The notes beneath the pieces were generated by a model. That model did no database searches. It saw nothing but the letters and a program-made list of their open reading frames with translations, and was not told the origin of the DNA. Shown in pieces: positions 1 to 8,848 of a stretch of 54,777 bases of DNA (position 1 is its first letter; each line of letters starts with the position of its first letter). Source of the DNA: a virus (taxonomy: Duplodnaviria > Caudoviricetes). The stretch covers positions 1 to 54,777 of the IMG/VR virus record IMGVR_UViG_3300031688_000022. The stretch is one strand, 5' to 3'. Made by a program: the position numbers and the translations under genes.

Positions 1-152
1 CCTGTATCAAAAGATATTTGACCACTCATATAAAGGGTCAAGTTAGATTGGTTAACCCATCACACTGGAGTGTAGTGTCCATGTTACCAACTGCACAATT
101 TAAGAAATTTAACGTTAACACGGTGTACGCCGACAGCAGGAAACAATTCTAA
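1..152 (+). CDS. gp2: DNA end protector protein, 3' partial
   Basis: Frame 3 reads CIKRYLTTHIKGQVRLVNPSHWSVVSMLPTAQFKK..., resembling the C-terminus of T4-like gp2; stop overlaps next start (TAATG). Confidence 0.7.
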   Translation, partial: CIKRYLTTHIKGQVRLVNPSHWSVVSMLPTAQFKKFNVNTVYADSRKQF

Positions 153-865
153 TGGCAAGTATAGACGAAATCAAATACAATTTTGACACTGGTGCAAGAG
201 CAAATATGTTCTCTGTATCCATTCATTGTCCCAAACTCTTTGGTACAGCCATTGACGCTCTTAGAGTAGAGACATGTTCTTTACCAGGCCGTAAACTCGA
301 AACCCAAGCTTGGTCTGAATATGGAATGACTAGAAATCTTCCAAACGGTGTAGTAACAGACGATGGTGGTGAAATGACAATGTCATTCATTTGTGATACA
401 TCTTTTGCAGATCGGTTCATCATTGAAGCATGGCAGAGTGAGATATACGGTGGTGCTGGAGTAGATGTTGAAAGGGGTAATAGTATACACCCTATTATGA
501 AGTTCTACAACGATTATATTGGAACAGTGCATATCAATACCTTAAGAAAGGATGATAAGACCTCACTGGAGTACACTATACATGAAGCATATCCAGTCTC
601 CTTTGAGAAGATGGAGTTATCTACTGAGTCTGCAGATATATTAAAATTTTCAGTGACATTCAATTTTAGAACATGGGAAAGCAAGTATGTTCCTGCACCT
701 AAGTTGTCTGCACTAAATAAAGGTAGAAGAGTATTAGATGCTCTTCAAGAAGGACTAAAAGTGGGTTCACGATTTAATAAGAAGTCAAAAAAATTCTTAG
801 ATAAGGTGAACAAACTAGACGGTACTGCCACAAGGTTACAAACACTCCTTGGTGGCAATGGTTAA
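152..865 (+). CDS. Tail tube-fold protein (gp54-like baseplate-tube initiator, gp19 family)
   Basis: ARANMF, CSLPGR, EAYPVS and FSVTFNFRTW motifs of the gp19/gp54 family; lies between gp2 and gp26. Confidence 0.75.
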   Translation: MASIDEIKYNFDTGARANMFSVSIHCPKLFGTAIDALRVETCSLPGRKLETQAWSEYGMTRNLPNGVVTDDGGEMTMSFICDTSFADRFIIEAWQSEIYGGAGVDVERGNSIHPIMKFYNDYIGTVHINTLRKDDKTSLEYTIHEAYPVSFEKMELSTESADILKFSVTFNFRTWESKYVPAPKLSALNKGRRVLDALQEGLKVGSRFNKKSKKFLDKVNKLDGTATRLQTLLGGNG

Positions 866-884
866 TTACAATATGGAGTAGATT

Positions 885-1589
885 ATGGGATTACCAATCC
901 AAAAAGCACCTAAGTTTAAGTGCGAATTAAGTGGAGGAAAGGTCGTTGAATACAGGCCATTTCTTGTTAAAGAACAGAAGTATTTATTGATTGCAAAAGA
1001 GAGTGAAGATAACTTAGAAATTCTCGAAGCAATTAAACAGTTGGTTACAGCAGTTACAGACGGAAAAGTAAATTCCGATGAACTACCAATATTTGATTTA
1101 GAGTATTTATTTTTACAGATACGAGCTAAGTCGGTAGGAGAATCGGTTACGATTTCTCTTTACTGCAGAGAGACGGATTGTAATGGAAGTGGTTCAACAA
1201 GTGTAGACTTGAGTACTGTGGAAGTTGCAGAAGCTGTTGTTGTTGATAACAGGTTTGAATTGAATGAGACACTAGGTGTTACTCTTCGATTCCCAACCAC
1301 TCGACAACTTGCTATGGTTGACCAAAAGAAAGATGATGGGGATAAGATAATTGAACTGTTGAAATTCGGAATTGAAAGCATCTATGATGAAGAATCCGTA
1401 TATGAAGCAAACGATATATCTGATACTGAGATAGTGGAGTTTATTGAAAACTTAACACTAGACCAGTTAGAATTGTTAAGTGGGTATTTTGAAAGTATCC
1501 CTACTATTCAAAAAGAAGTAGAGTTTAAATGTGACAGCTGTGGTCAACAACAGTCGTCAATACTGAAAGGACTAGCTAGTTTTTTTTAA
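885..1589 (+). CDS. gp26: Baseplate hub subunit / assembly chaperone
   Basis: YRPFLVKEQKYLL, FDLEYLFLQIRAKSVGE, C-terminal CxxC and LASFF end typical of marine T4-like gp26. Confidence 0.85.
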   Translation: MGLPIQKAPKFKCELSGGKVVEYRPFLVKEQKYLLIAKESEDNLEILEAIKQLVTAVTDGKVNSDELPIFDLEYLFLQIRAKSVGESVTISLYCRETDCNGSGSTSVDLSTVEVAEAVVVDNRFELNETLGVTLRFPTTRQLAMVDQKKDDGDKIIELLKFGIESIYDEESVYEANDISDTEIVEFIENLTLDQLELLSGYFESIPTIQKEVEFKCDSCGQQQSSILKGLASFF

Positions 1590-1609
1590 TAGCTCTTTCC
1601 CATGAAAGC

Positions 1610-1774
1610 TTGGTGAATTATTATAACACCAACTTCCAGTTAATGCAACATCATAAGTATTCATTAACAGAGTTGGATAATATGATGCCTTGGGAAAGAG
1701 AGATATATATGAGTCTTCTCCTACAATGGTTGGAAGAAGAAGCAGAACGACAGAAGGAACGGAATAGAACCTAG
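1610..1774 (+). CDS. gp51: gp51-like baseplate hub assembly protein (not in ORF track; may be made as a frameshift extension of gp26)
   Basis: Translates NYYNTNFQLMQHHKYSLTELDNMMPWEREIYMSLL; only TTG/GTG starts ahead of the conserved block and no clear SD. Confidence 0.8.
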   Translation: MVNYYNTNFQLMQHHKYSLTELDNMMPWEREIYMSLLLQWLEEEAERQKERNRT

Positions 1775-1839
1775 ATTATGTGATACATTATGTTTTCGTG
1801 AAGTGATTTTATTAATTTTATTATATAGAGGATTAGAAA

Positions 1840-2223
1840 ATGACGGAAGAAAAAGAAGACCATTCGAGTAACGAAGTCGAGATAGACTTAGATAAGTACA
1901 TGGCACTTATCGAGAAACTGGATGAACAAGAAGATACAATTAAGGAGATGAAAGAGGATGCTATCAAGGCACGGAATCAGCTTGCTCCCCCTAAACGAAA
2001 GTTTATGGATTTGTTCTTAGACGATAATGACATTAATGAAAAGGCAATCATCGGGTTTATCTCGTTTTTCTTAATGACAGTATTTGGACTAACCGACTTA
2101 ATAACTGCGTTAGCATTTGATATGGACTTAAAGGTATCTGAGACTATCTACACATCATTCGTTGTAGTAACACTAGGTGCATTCGGAATATCAGAAGCTG
2201 GTAAAGCTTTTGGTGGAAAATAA
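1840..2223 (+). CDS. Membrane protein with N-terminal coiled coil and two C-terminal TM helices
   Basis: GAGG SD; hydrophobic segments IIGFISFFLMTVFGL and IYTSFVVVTLGAFGI. Confidence 0.7.
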   Translation: MTEEKEDHSSNEVEIDLDKYMALIEKLDEQEDTIKEMKEDAIKARNQLAPPKRKFMDLFLDDNDINEKAIIGFISFFLMTVFGLTDLITALAFDMDLKVSETIYTSFVVVTLGAFGISEAGKAFGGK

Positions 2224-2236
2224 ATAAGAGAAAGAA

Positions 2237-4321
2237 ATGGCCACTTCGGAAGACAAAAGACTACAAGCTAAACGAGAAGCAGACTCTGCTAAAAATTTAG
2301 CAGCTGCAGCTAAGCAAAGGAAAGCAAACGAAGAAGTTACTGAGGCAACGAAACCCTTATCCAATTCATTAAAAAATCTTGTGGAGAAGATGGGGTCTAC
2401 TGATAAACAACTTCAAGTAACTGTTGCAGGATTGTTAGCAAATGGTAAGGAAAGTTTTAGTAGTGCCTTAGCTGCAAGGAAAGTAACGCAAGCTTGGAAG
2501 GCCATTAATAGTGACGGAGAGATGCAAAAGCAACAAGGTCTTAAAGCTCAAGCCAATGCAGCTATTGAAGCATCATTAGAGGCACAAGAAAAACTACTTC
2601 AAGATCAGAACACGGCCGTGATATCTGCACGTGAGTCTAATGTAGAACTTGCCCGTCTACTTGGAGAGGACAAAGAGATAAGAGATAGGGAACAGAAACT
2701 AGTAGATGGTGGACTCGATGTAGTCGAAGCAAGACTAATAACCGAAAAGGAACTAGGACAGAACCTACAAGAAATAACAACAAAAGAACAATCCATACGA
2801 GACTTGTCCAATAGTGAAATTGAAAAACAAGTTAAAATCACCGAAGAACATACGGCGAATCTAGAAAAAGCAACCGATGCTGAAAACATTAGACGTGAAA
2901 AACTTAATGACGACTTAGTTGAGACCTCCAAAAGTGGGGGGTTCGACAAATTCACAGGAAGTATAAAAACTCTGACTGGTGGACTAATTGATATTGCAAC
3001 TCCCCTTGACGCTGCAACGAAACAGTTTAATGCAATGAAGGATTTAGGTTCATCTATTGCTGATGGGTTCGGAAAACTAAAAGGTGCTACCACTGGTGCG
3101 TTCAACTCTCTTGTTGGTGGTGCTGAAAACCAAGAAGATGCAAATGATTCTCTTGTAGAGTCTACCGATGAATCTACTAAAGGTATGATGAAGAATGCAG
3201 TCATACAGAGTTCAATCGGAGGGAAGTTAACTAAAATGTTAGCTGGTTTAACATTAGGCCTGGTCATGGTAATGGCAGGAATACTCCTACCCCTTATTGC
3301 TATTGGAGCTGCATTCTTTCTCATCAAAGAAGCATTAGAAAGATTTGAATTTGCAGGTGTTGGTGCTGGAATTAAACAGGGTTTTAAATCTATCGGTACA
3401 ATGTTAAAGAGCTCAGGAAAGTTAATCAGTAGTGGTATGGCAACAGTCAGAAAAGGATTGGGACTTAAACCGAAGAATGCAGTACCGAAAGTAACAGACC
3501 CTACAAAACCAAAAGTACAACTACGTCAACCAAAAGGGGCAATAGACCCTAAGACTGGTAAGGCCATTGGCGGTCAGTTTATAAAAGAAGGTGATGGAGT
3601 CATCAAGGAAGTGGCTAAGGTTGCAACCAAATCTTCAGGGTTCTTTGGTGGTCTCAAGGCATTAGCAAAAGGTGTTGTTAAGAAACTTCCTATAATCGGG
3701 GCAGCCGTAGAAACTGGTATGGATGGATTTGATCAGTTTGATAAGATGGGTGACCTAGAAGAAGCTCGTAAAAACGGAACTCTAATGAAGAAGGATGACA
3801 AGACTGGTGAAGAACGTGAGTACACGGATGAAGAGTTCGAAGGATTAAAGAGTGCATTTAAAGCAAACTTAGCTGGTTCAGTTGGTAAAGGTACTGGTGC
3901 ATTAGCAGGTGCAACAACTGGAGCTGCAGCTGGAGCTGCATTGGGTAGTGTTGTCCCAGTTGTTGGAACCTTTATTGGTGGAATACTGGGAGCAGTCATC
4001 GGTGGATATCTAGGTGGAAAAGCAGGAGATGCTATTGCTACTGGGTCAGCTGAAATGATTATGGATGGTGAGGGTAACTCTCAAAAGATTCTAGATGATG
4101 CAGCTGCAAGTATTAAGAAGGTTGACCCCAACTCTGCAAAAGCTCTTGCCGATGGACAAGTTAATCTAGATGATCAGAAGCAGACTGCTACTCAAGTTGC
4201 CATGGCCAACACATCCAACGTGATCTCTCAGGATAGTAATTCGACTGTGATACAAAGTTACTCACAGAAGGCAAGTGATGGTGGTTCAACTGTAAATCTA
4301 TTGAACCCTATTCTTACTTAA
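2237..4321 (+). CDS. Tape measure-like protein (gp29-like)
   Basis: 694 aa, helical, Ala/Gly-rich, central TM segment, glycine-zipper GAAAGAALGSVVPVVGTFIGG; follows gp26/gp51. Confidence 0.65.
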   Translation: MATSEDKRLQAKREADSAKNLAAAAKQRKANEEVTEATKPLSNSLKNLVEKMGSTDKQLQVTVAGLLANGKESFSSALAARKVTQAWKAINSDGEMQKQQGLKAQANAAIEASLEAQEKLLQDQNTAVISARESNVELARLLGEDKEIRDREQKLVDGGLDVVEARLITEKELGQNLQEITTKEQSIRDLSNSEIEKQVKITEEHTANLEKATDAENIRREKLNDDLVETSKSGGFDKFTGSIKTLTGGLIDIATPLDAATKQFNAMKDLGSSIADGFGKLKGATTGAFNSLVGGAENQEDANDSLVESTDESTKGMMKNAVIQSSIGGKLTKMLAGLTLGLVMVMAGILLPLIAIGAAFFLIKEALERFEFAGVGAGIKQGFKSIGTMLKSSGKLISSGMATVRKGLGLKPKNAVPKVTDPTKPKVQLRQPKGAIDPKTGKAIGGQFIKEGDGVIKEVAKVATKSSGFFGGLKALAKGVVKKLPIIGAAVETGMDGFDQFDKMGDLEEARKNGTLMKKDDKTGEEREYTDEEFEGLKSAFKANLAGSVGKGTGALAGATTGAAAGAALGSVVPVVGTFIGGILGAVIGGYLGGKAGDAIATGSAEMIMDGEGNSQKILDDAAASIKKVDPNSAKALADGQVNLDDQKQTATQVAMANTSNVISQDSNSTVIQSYSQKASDGGSTVNLLNPILT

Positions 4322-4533
4322 CAGTCGGTATGTCGTAAGACATCTAACTTAAGACTTGTCTTCCTATCGTATTTTGTTTTGTCCGAATGGACTTGTGATT
4401 TAGAATGAGGTGGAGTCACCTTTCTAGTTTTAACTTCAATTTTTTTGCCAAAGATCGTATCCCAGTTATCTGTATAACCAGTTCCCGATTCGGGTCTCCT
4501 CTTGGAACCCTTTCCACCATGTGTTGAACTCAT
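4318..4533 (-). CDS. Small basic hypothetical protein
   Basis: 71 aa ORF tightly coupled downstream of bS21; GGKGSKRRP and HSDKTKYDRK motifs. Confidence 0.65.
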   Translation of the reverse strand: MSSTHGGKGSKRRPESGTGYTDNWDTIFGKKIEVKTRKVTPPHSKSQVHSDKTKYDRKTSLKLDVLRHTDC

Positions 4534-4535
4534 GA

Positions 4536-4775
4536 TTATCTAGCACCTCTTCTCCGTACTGGTTGCAATCTTTTCTTTGCTTCCAATTTCTTTGTTCTCT
4601 TTAACTGTTGATTCTTTTGATTCTTCACAGCATTAGGTTTATCAAAAAACTGTCGTTCTCTAACCTCTTGAACAATACCTGCGTTGTCACACTCCTTCTT
4701 GAACCTGCGTATAAGTTGATCAAACCCCTCTACGTTTCGATTCTTCGGATTTACTTTTGGTGTTACATTCGGCAT
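4536..4775 (-). CDS. rpsU: 30S ribosomal protein bS21 homologue
   Basis: EGFDQLIRRFKKECDNAGIVQEVRERQFFDKP matches the S21 core; basic C-terminal tail. Confidence 0.9.
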   Translation of the reverse strand: MPNVTPKVNPKNRNVEGFDQLIRRFKKECDNAGIVQEVRERQFFDKPNAVKNQKNQQLKRTKKLEAKKRLQPVRRRGAR

Positions 4776-4802
4776 AATTTTCTACTGGTTAAATTCTTAA
4801 AT

Positions 4803-4962
4803 AAGTGAAGAGTTGCCCCACGCCTTACAGCATTCCCGCTCTCTTCCGACCAATCCGCTAGTTTGCTATTGACCTTTCCCTTACTGAGTACCCCCTTTTT
4901 ATCCACGGTCTCAGTGAATGTCTCAACTATATCAATCTTATTCATAATGTATATTGAGACAT
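4803..4962 (-). ncRNA. Candidate structured RNA between gp32 and bS21
   Basis: Stems 4918-4926/4954-4962, 4883-4888/4910-4915 and 4807-4812/4841-4846, with an inner GUAA-tetraloop hairpin at 4820-4833. Confidence 0.5.
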
Positions 4963-4980
4963 CCCAAACAGAACCTAGTC

Positions 4981-5871
4981 CTAACTTTCGTTAGCTAGGT
5001 TCTTAAAGTAATCCATTGCGTCATCTTCTTCCACTTGGGGAGTAGATTCTGCAGCTTGCATTACTGGTTCACTTGCAACAGTTTCAGTTACAACATTAGC
5101 CCAAGGAACTTCTTCCAAGTCTTCTGCTACACTTTCTGCTGTTGAAGTCGATACACTACCTATAACTCTTTCGAATTTCTCTTTGAGTTCCTCGTAAGTT
5201 TTAAACTCACTAGGGGCAATGACACTCGACAACGAATGCACTTGACTAAACGTACTGTTTAGTTTTGCTTCGTCAGCAAACAATGGTGCTGGATTTTCGA
5301 ACTCTGATTTATCATAGTTCCAGTATCCGTCAACTTTTCTGATCTTAATCTTAAAGTTTGCACCTTCTTCTCTTAGATCAAAAGGGTTGATTGCTTTCTC
5401 GTCTGCAAATGCAGGGGAGATTGCTTCCTTCAGAGCTTCAAAGATTTTTTTACCAAAACGGTATTTAAATACCTTCCCTTCGTTATCGGGGTTCTTAGGG
5501 TCTGATATAACATAGACATTAGAAACATAATGCAGTCTGCGTTTTTGTTTCCTTGCAATCTCTTTGTTTGCTTCAATCCCAGTATTCCACAACGTAGAGT
5601 TGTACTCAGAGACAGGGTCTTGTTTATTAAGAGTCGTTAAAGACTTCTCAATATACCATCCGCCTGGCCCTTGAAAACCGTGGTCGAAGTAAGATACCCA
5701 TGGCATCTCTTCACCCTCGGGGGTCGGTAAGAAACGAACCACTGCATAGCCGTTACCAGTTTTATCTAGTTCGGGTTTCCACAACGTATCGTCATTAAAG
5801 GATTTTTTTTCACCACCTGTTGGTGAAGCAGTTTCCATGGCTGCTCTTAGTTTATCTAAACTACTACTCAT
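4981..5871 (-). CDS. gp32: Single-stranded DNA-binding protein
   Basis: LWKPELDKTGNGYAVVRFLP, HGFQGPGGWYIE, YWNYDKSEF, acidic tail DDAMDYFKNLA. Confidence 0.97.
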   Translation of the reverse strand: MSSSLDKLRAAMETASPTGGEKKSFNDDTLWKPELDKTGNGYAVVRFLPTPEGEEMPWVSYFDHGFQGPGGWYIEKSLTTLNKQDPVSEYNSTLWNTGIEANKEIARKQKRRLHYVSNVYVISDPKNPDNEGKVFKYRFGKKIFEALKEAISPAFADEKAINPFDLREEGANFKIKIRKVDGYWNYDKSEFENPAPLFADEAKLNSTFSQVHSLSSVIAPSEFKTYEELKEKFERVIGSVSTSTAESVAEDLEEVPWANVVTETVASEPVMQAAESTPQVEEDDAMDYFKNLANES

Positions 5872-5920
5872 TGTATTCTCCTATTGTATTAACAATTTTA
5901 TTAACAATTTTATTAAAGAC
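5872..5920 (-). promoter_or_regulatory. AU-rich repeated gp32 leader (putative autogenous translational operator)
   Basis: AATAAAATTGTT-AATAAAATTGTT-AATACAAT-AGGAG-AATACAATG directly before the gp32 start. Confidence 0.5.
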
Positions 5921-5926
5921 TGTTCC

Positions 5927-6649
5927 TTAAAACAATCCATCTTCATCTCCCAGCCAGTCTTGACCGAGAATCCATTCCTTACTACTTTCGTAATAAGGTA
6001 GTTCATTATACTTTATTTCGTCCTCTTTGTCTAGAGGGTTTCTAAAGTATACTGAACCTTTTCCATAGTACCATTCTAATAGTGCTATGAACTGACTCCT
6101 TTGTGCAGTAAGCACTCTAGAGTCGGTATTGTATTTATGCAAATAGTTCTCACTACCTTCATAAGTATTTTCATATGAGTCACCTTCCAGTGCATCAAAT
6201 CCAATTAAATTAATCTTCTCATACCCCTGCATCATTGCATATCCCAAAGCAGACATTCCTGTAAACAGGTTCTTCAGTTCGGGATAGTTGTATGTTACTA
6301 TAAGTTCGGGTCGTGTTAATCCTAAAATTTGTGTTGCACCAATCTCCCCTTGAATGATGAAGTGGGTATCTGACTCCACTTTCGTCACAGTAACATCAGG
6401 CAAAGTCATTGATAACATTTCCATCATCTCCATCGGTATGGGGTCGATGTCTGCAAATGCTACAAGGTTTCCTAAGTAGTAACCCGACTCTACGATCTCT
6501 TGTTGCATTGGCATATCAACTGCAAACAAAATATCACAACACTTAGTGTCACGATACACTGCATTACAACCCCACACTTCATGACCAATCTCCGTGAGAT
6601 CAATGTCTTTTCGTGAAGGGCCGTTTCCTACTATTGTTACTTCGAGCAT
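5927..6649 (-). CDS. Conserved T4-like hypothetical protein, MptE/glycosyltransferase-like Rossmann fold
   Basis: IVGNGPSR, VWGCNAVYRD, LFAVD, INLIGFD motifs. Confidence 0.6.
   Translation of the reverse strand: MLEVTIVGNGPSRKDIDLTEIGHEVWGCNAVYRDTKCCDILFAVDMPMQQEIVESGYYLGNLVAFADIDPIPMEMMEMLSMTLPDVTVTKVESDTHFIIQGEIGATQILGLTRPELIVTYNYPELKNLFTGMSALGYAMMQGYEKINLIGFDALEGDSYENTYEGSENYLHKYNTDSRVLTAQRSQFIALLEWYYGKGSVYFRNPLDKEDEIKYNELPYYESSKEWILGQDWLGDEDGLF
6005..6033 (-). promoter_or_regulatory. sigma70-type promoter for gp32, inside the upstream CDS
   Basis: TAGACA-N17-TATAAT. Confidence 0.65.
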
Positions 6650-7230
6650 AATTCTATAAGTTTCGTTTTAAATTTTAAGTGGTCATAAGATATGAAAGAC
6701 TTGTACTTGTTTATCTTAATGTGTGCTTCGGGGTACACTACCTGTTCCTGTATACGTCCCTTCCAGTCTTTGGTGAACCCAATGATCTCATCCATGATAC
6801 AGATCGTCTCTATAGACACACTCTTTGCAAGATACGACTTAAGTAGGATAGGGTGTTGTCCACCTTTAACCTCTAAGACTTTGTTGATATCTTTCTTTGC
6901 GAGTAAGTCCGACACTTCTGTTTCAAACATATATGTAAGTTTCTGATTCCGTTTCTTCCACTCTTTATATGTCTTGACACACTCATCGTCTAACAGATCA
7001 CCTGCCCAACTATCTTTCTGAGATAGGTTAGCAATGTAAAAATCTTGAAGTTCTTGTTTGTGAATTTTGAACAACTTACCGAAATGGTATTTGTCCTTTC
7101 GTTTTAGAAAAGAGTTGATGTCTGATTTAACCTTACCATTATACTTTACGAAATCGTAATCCTTGGAATAGAAGTGTAACTTAATTCCTAGATACAATGT
7201 GTAAGCATCATAACCTTCTCTACTGGTCAT
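6637..7230 (-). CDS. gp59: Helicase loader
   Basis: YTLYLGIKLHF..YDFVKYNGK, FLKRKDKYHF, HPILLKSYL; start placed at the ATG at 7230. Confidence 0.9.
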   Translation of the reverse strand: MTSREGYDAYTLYLGIKLHFYSKDYDFVKYNGKVKSDINSFLKRKDKYHFGKLFKIHKQELQDFYIANLSQKDSWAGDLLDDECVKTYKEWKKRNQKLTYMFETEVSDLLAKKDINKVLEVKGGQHPILLKSYLAKSVSIETICIMDEIIGFTKDWKGRIQEQVVYPEAHIKINKYKSFISYDHLKFKTKLIELCSK

Positions 7231-7573
7231 CCGTTTCCTTGACGAATACTCCGTCAATCATACGACCTTTACGATCTTTAATATCGTTGTATGCAACCTC
7301 TAAACAATGCTCCATAGATAGACCATTCCTTACTGCAATGTTTATCAGTACTACCATGATGTCTCCGATGTCGTCTGCAATATCTTTGTTCTTGCAAATG
7401 TTATCTGACAACTCACCACATTCCTGTATGAGTTTCATGAACTGATCTTTGTCTGTTGCACCCTCGATCAGATTCCTGTCTTGATGCCACTGACTTACTT
7501 TTGCAATAAGTTGTGGTAGTCTTGAATCGTAATCTGTTGCCCTATGCCCAACTGATAATTTGTCTTTATACAT
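7220..7573 (-). CDS. MazG-like NTP pyrophosphohydrolase
   Basis: QFMKLIQECGEL, DDIGDIMVVL, CLEVAYNDIKDRKG..FVKE. Confidence 0.85.
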   Translation of the reverse strand: MYKDKLSVGHRATDYDSRLPQLIAKVSQWHQDRNLIEGATDKDQFMKLIQECGELSDNICKNKDIADDIGDIMVVLINIAVRNGLSMEHCLEVAYNDIKDRKGRMIDGVFVKETDDQ

Positions 7574-7875
7574 TAAATAATAATCTTCTTTTCAGGTGGG
7601 GTTGCGATTACTGGAGCTCCATTAACTGCTTGGTTATGTGCTTCTGCAACCTGTGGGTTTGTTGGAATAACAAATACATAAGATGCAAATGTTACTTCTG
7701 TTGGATTGAGATCACCTGTTACGGCAATTCCTCTTGCAAATCCCATCCCACCTTCGGGAGTACTTACAATCATTTTTGGGTTGGTAAGTGTAATACTAGT
7801 CGGAGAGATATCTTTATATTCTCCAACGTACTCGCCACTCACTGTTACTACTGATACTATATCACCTTTTTTCAT
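7573..7875 (-). CDS. Hypothetical protein, possible Sm/SH3-like fold
   Basis: GDIVSVVTVSGEYVG beta-rich pattern; translationally coupled. Confidence 0.65.
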   Translation of the reverse strand: MKKGDIVSVVTVSGEYVGEYKDISPTSITLTNPKMIVSTPEGGMGFARGIAVTGDLNPTEVTFASYVFVIPTNPQVAEAHNQAVNGAPVIATPPEKKIII

Positions 7876-7886
7876 AATTTTTCCTG

Positions 7887-8126
7887 TTATTCAAAGAACC
7901 GTGTAATGGTTCCTTTAGTTGTTTTACCTCTATTGACCATGTTGAGACCTTGTGCCTCAGCTTCCAATTTATCTTTAAGGGGTTGAGATATTAACCTCTT
8001 TGCTGATTCGGGTTCCAGTTTATTGTCGTCACATATCTTTACGATTGCACCCATTACATCGGTGCCTCCTCGAATCAATAACTTCTCGACTTGTTCCGTG
8101 AACTCTTTCTTACTTATCATACTCAT
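7887..8126 (-). CDS. gp33: Late transcription coactivator
   Basis: FTEQVEK, AIVKICDDNKLEPESAKRLISQPLKDKLEAEA. Confidence 0.85.
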   Translation of the reverse strand: MSMISKKEFTEQVEKLLIRGGTDVMGAIVKICDDNKLEPESAKRLISQPLKDKLEAEAQGLNMVNRGKTTKGTITRFFE

Positions 8127-8813
8127 TTAAACTCCGTGTAAACTTCCATAACGTTGTCTTAAGGCATATAGCTTATCGACATACTCTCTAGGGTCTGCTT
8201 CAAATACTTGACATCCCCCACCATCAACTGCAACAATCGCTACGATTGTATCCACTACTTCACCAGTAAGTTCCTCTACCATGATTGCATAAGCAGTCAT
8301 TTGGTGGAACCATGGGTCTGCCATGTACTCTTCTTTGTACTTACTACTTGTCTTGAAGTCAATAATACAAAGTTCATTGTCCCAAATACCAACACAATCT
8401 ACTTGTCCTGCCATTTGCAATGAGTCTGAATACATACCTGCTTCTAAAGCAATCGGTATGATATCATCTAAAACTGGTTGTACTGCTCTGAACATAGACT
8501 CGTCTAAGATATTCTCAAAGACAATGTCCTCTTCTGCACGAAGATATTGTTCAAATAACGAATGCATTTTAGTACCACGTTTGGCTGCAGTCGTTGAAAT
8601 TCTATTTGCCTCTTCAGCACCTACTCGTTCTCTCCACAACTTAATGTGATCTCGTGTAAGCAACCCAGTCACAGTCGTGACACTTGGGTATTTTTGACCT
8701 GTTGGTGTTTGGTAGAATCTCTTACCGTTCTCCTGCACACGAGTCATACTGTCTTGTAGTGATTCTAAATCACCTAATGATATAACGTTTAAGTTTTCGT
8801 TTAAGTTTTCCAT
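8127..8813 (-). CDS. PD-(D/E)xK exonuclease (RecB/Cas4-like fold)
   Basis: YPSVTTV, RGTKMH, AGQVDC, IIDFKTS, QMTAYA. Confidence 0.85.
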   Translation of the reverse strand: MENLNENLNVISLGDLESLQDSMTRVQENGKRFYQTPTGQKYPSVTTVTGLLTRDHIKLWRERVGAEEANRISTTAAKRGTKMHSLFEQYLRAEEDIVFENILDESMFRAVQPVLDDIIPIALEAGMYSDSLQMAGQVDCVGIWDNELCIIDFKTSSKYKEEYMADPWFHQMTAYAIMVEELTGEVVDTIVAIVAVDGGGCQVFEADPREYVDKLYALRQRYGSLHGV

Positions 8814-8819
8814 AATGTA

Positions 8820-8848
8820 ATTATACTCTTATTTACCCTGTAGGTCAA
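8820..8848 (-). promoter_or_regulatory. sigma70-type promoter, probably giving a leaderless exonuclease mRNA
   Basis: TTGACC-N17-TATAAT, ATG 6 nt downstream. Confidence 0.65.

Noticed and set aside
2605-3999. Long antisense ORFs inside the tape measure gene, and similar ones at 17740, 25598, 46805 and 49881
   Set aside because: Shadows of real genes on the opposite strand; Ser/Phe/Leu-rich, no SD, no motifs
4763-4945. 60-aa ORF between gp32 and bS21
   Set aside because: No clear SD and no recognisable motif; it coincides with several stems, so a non-coding element is preferred, though not excluded
8127-8813. Cas4 / CRISPR-Cas system
   Set aside because: Common stand-alone phage exonuclease without the Fe-S cysteines; no repeat-spacer array or other cas genes seen
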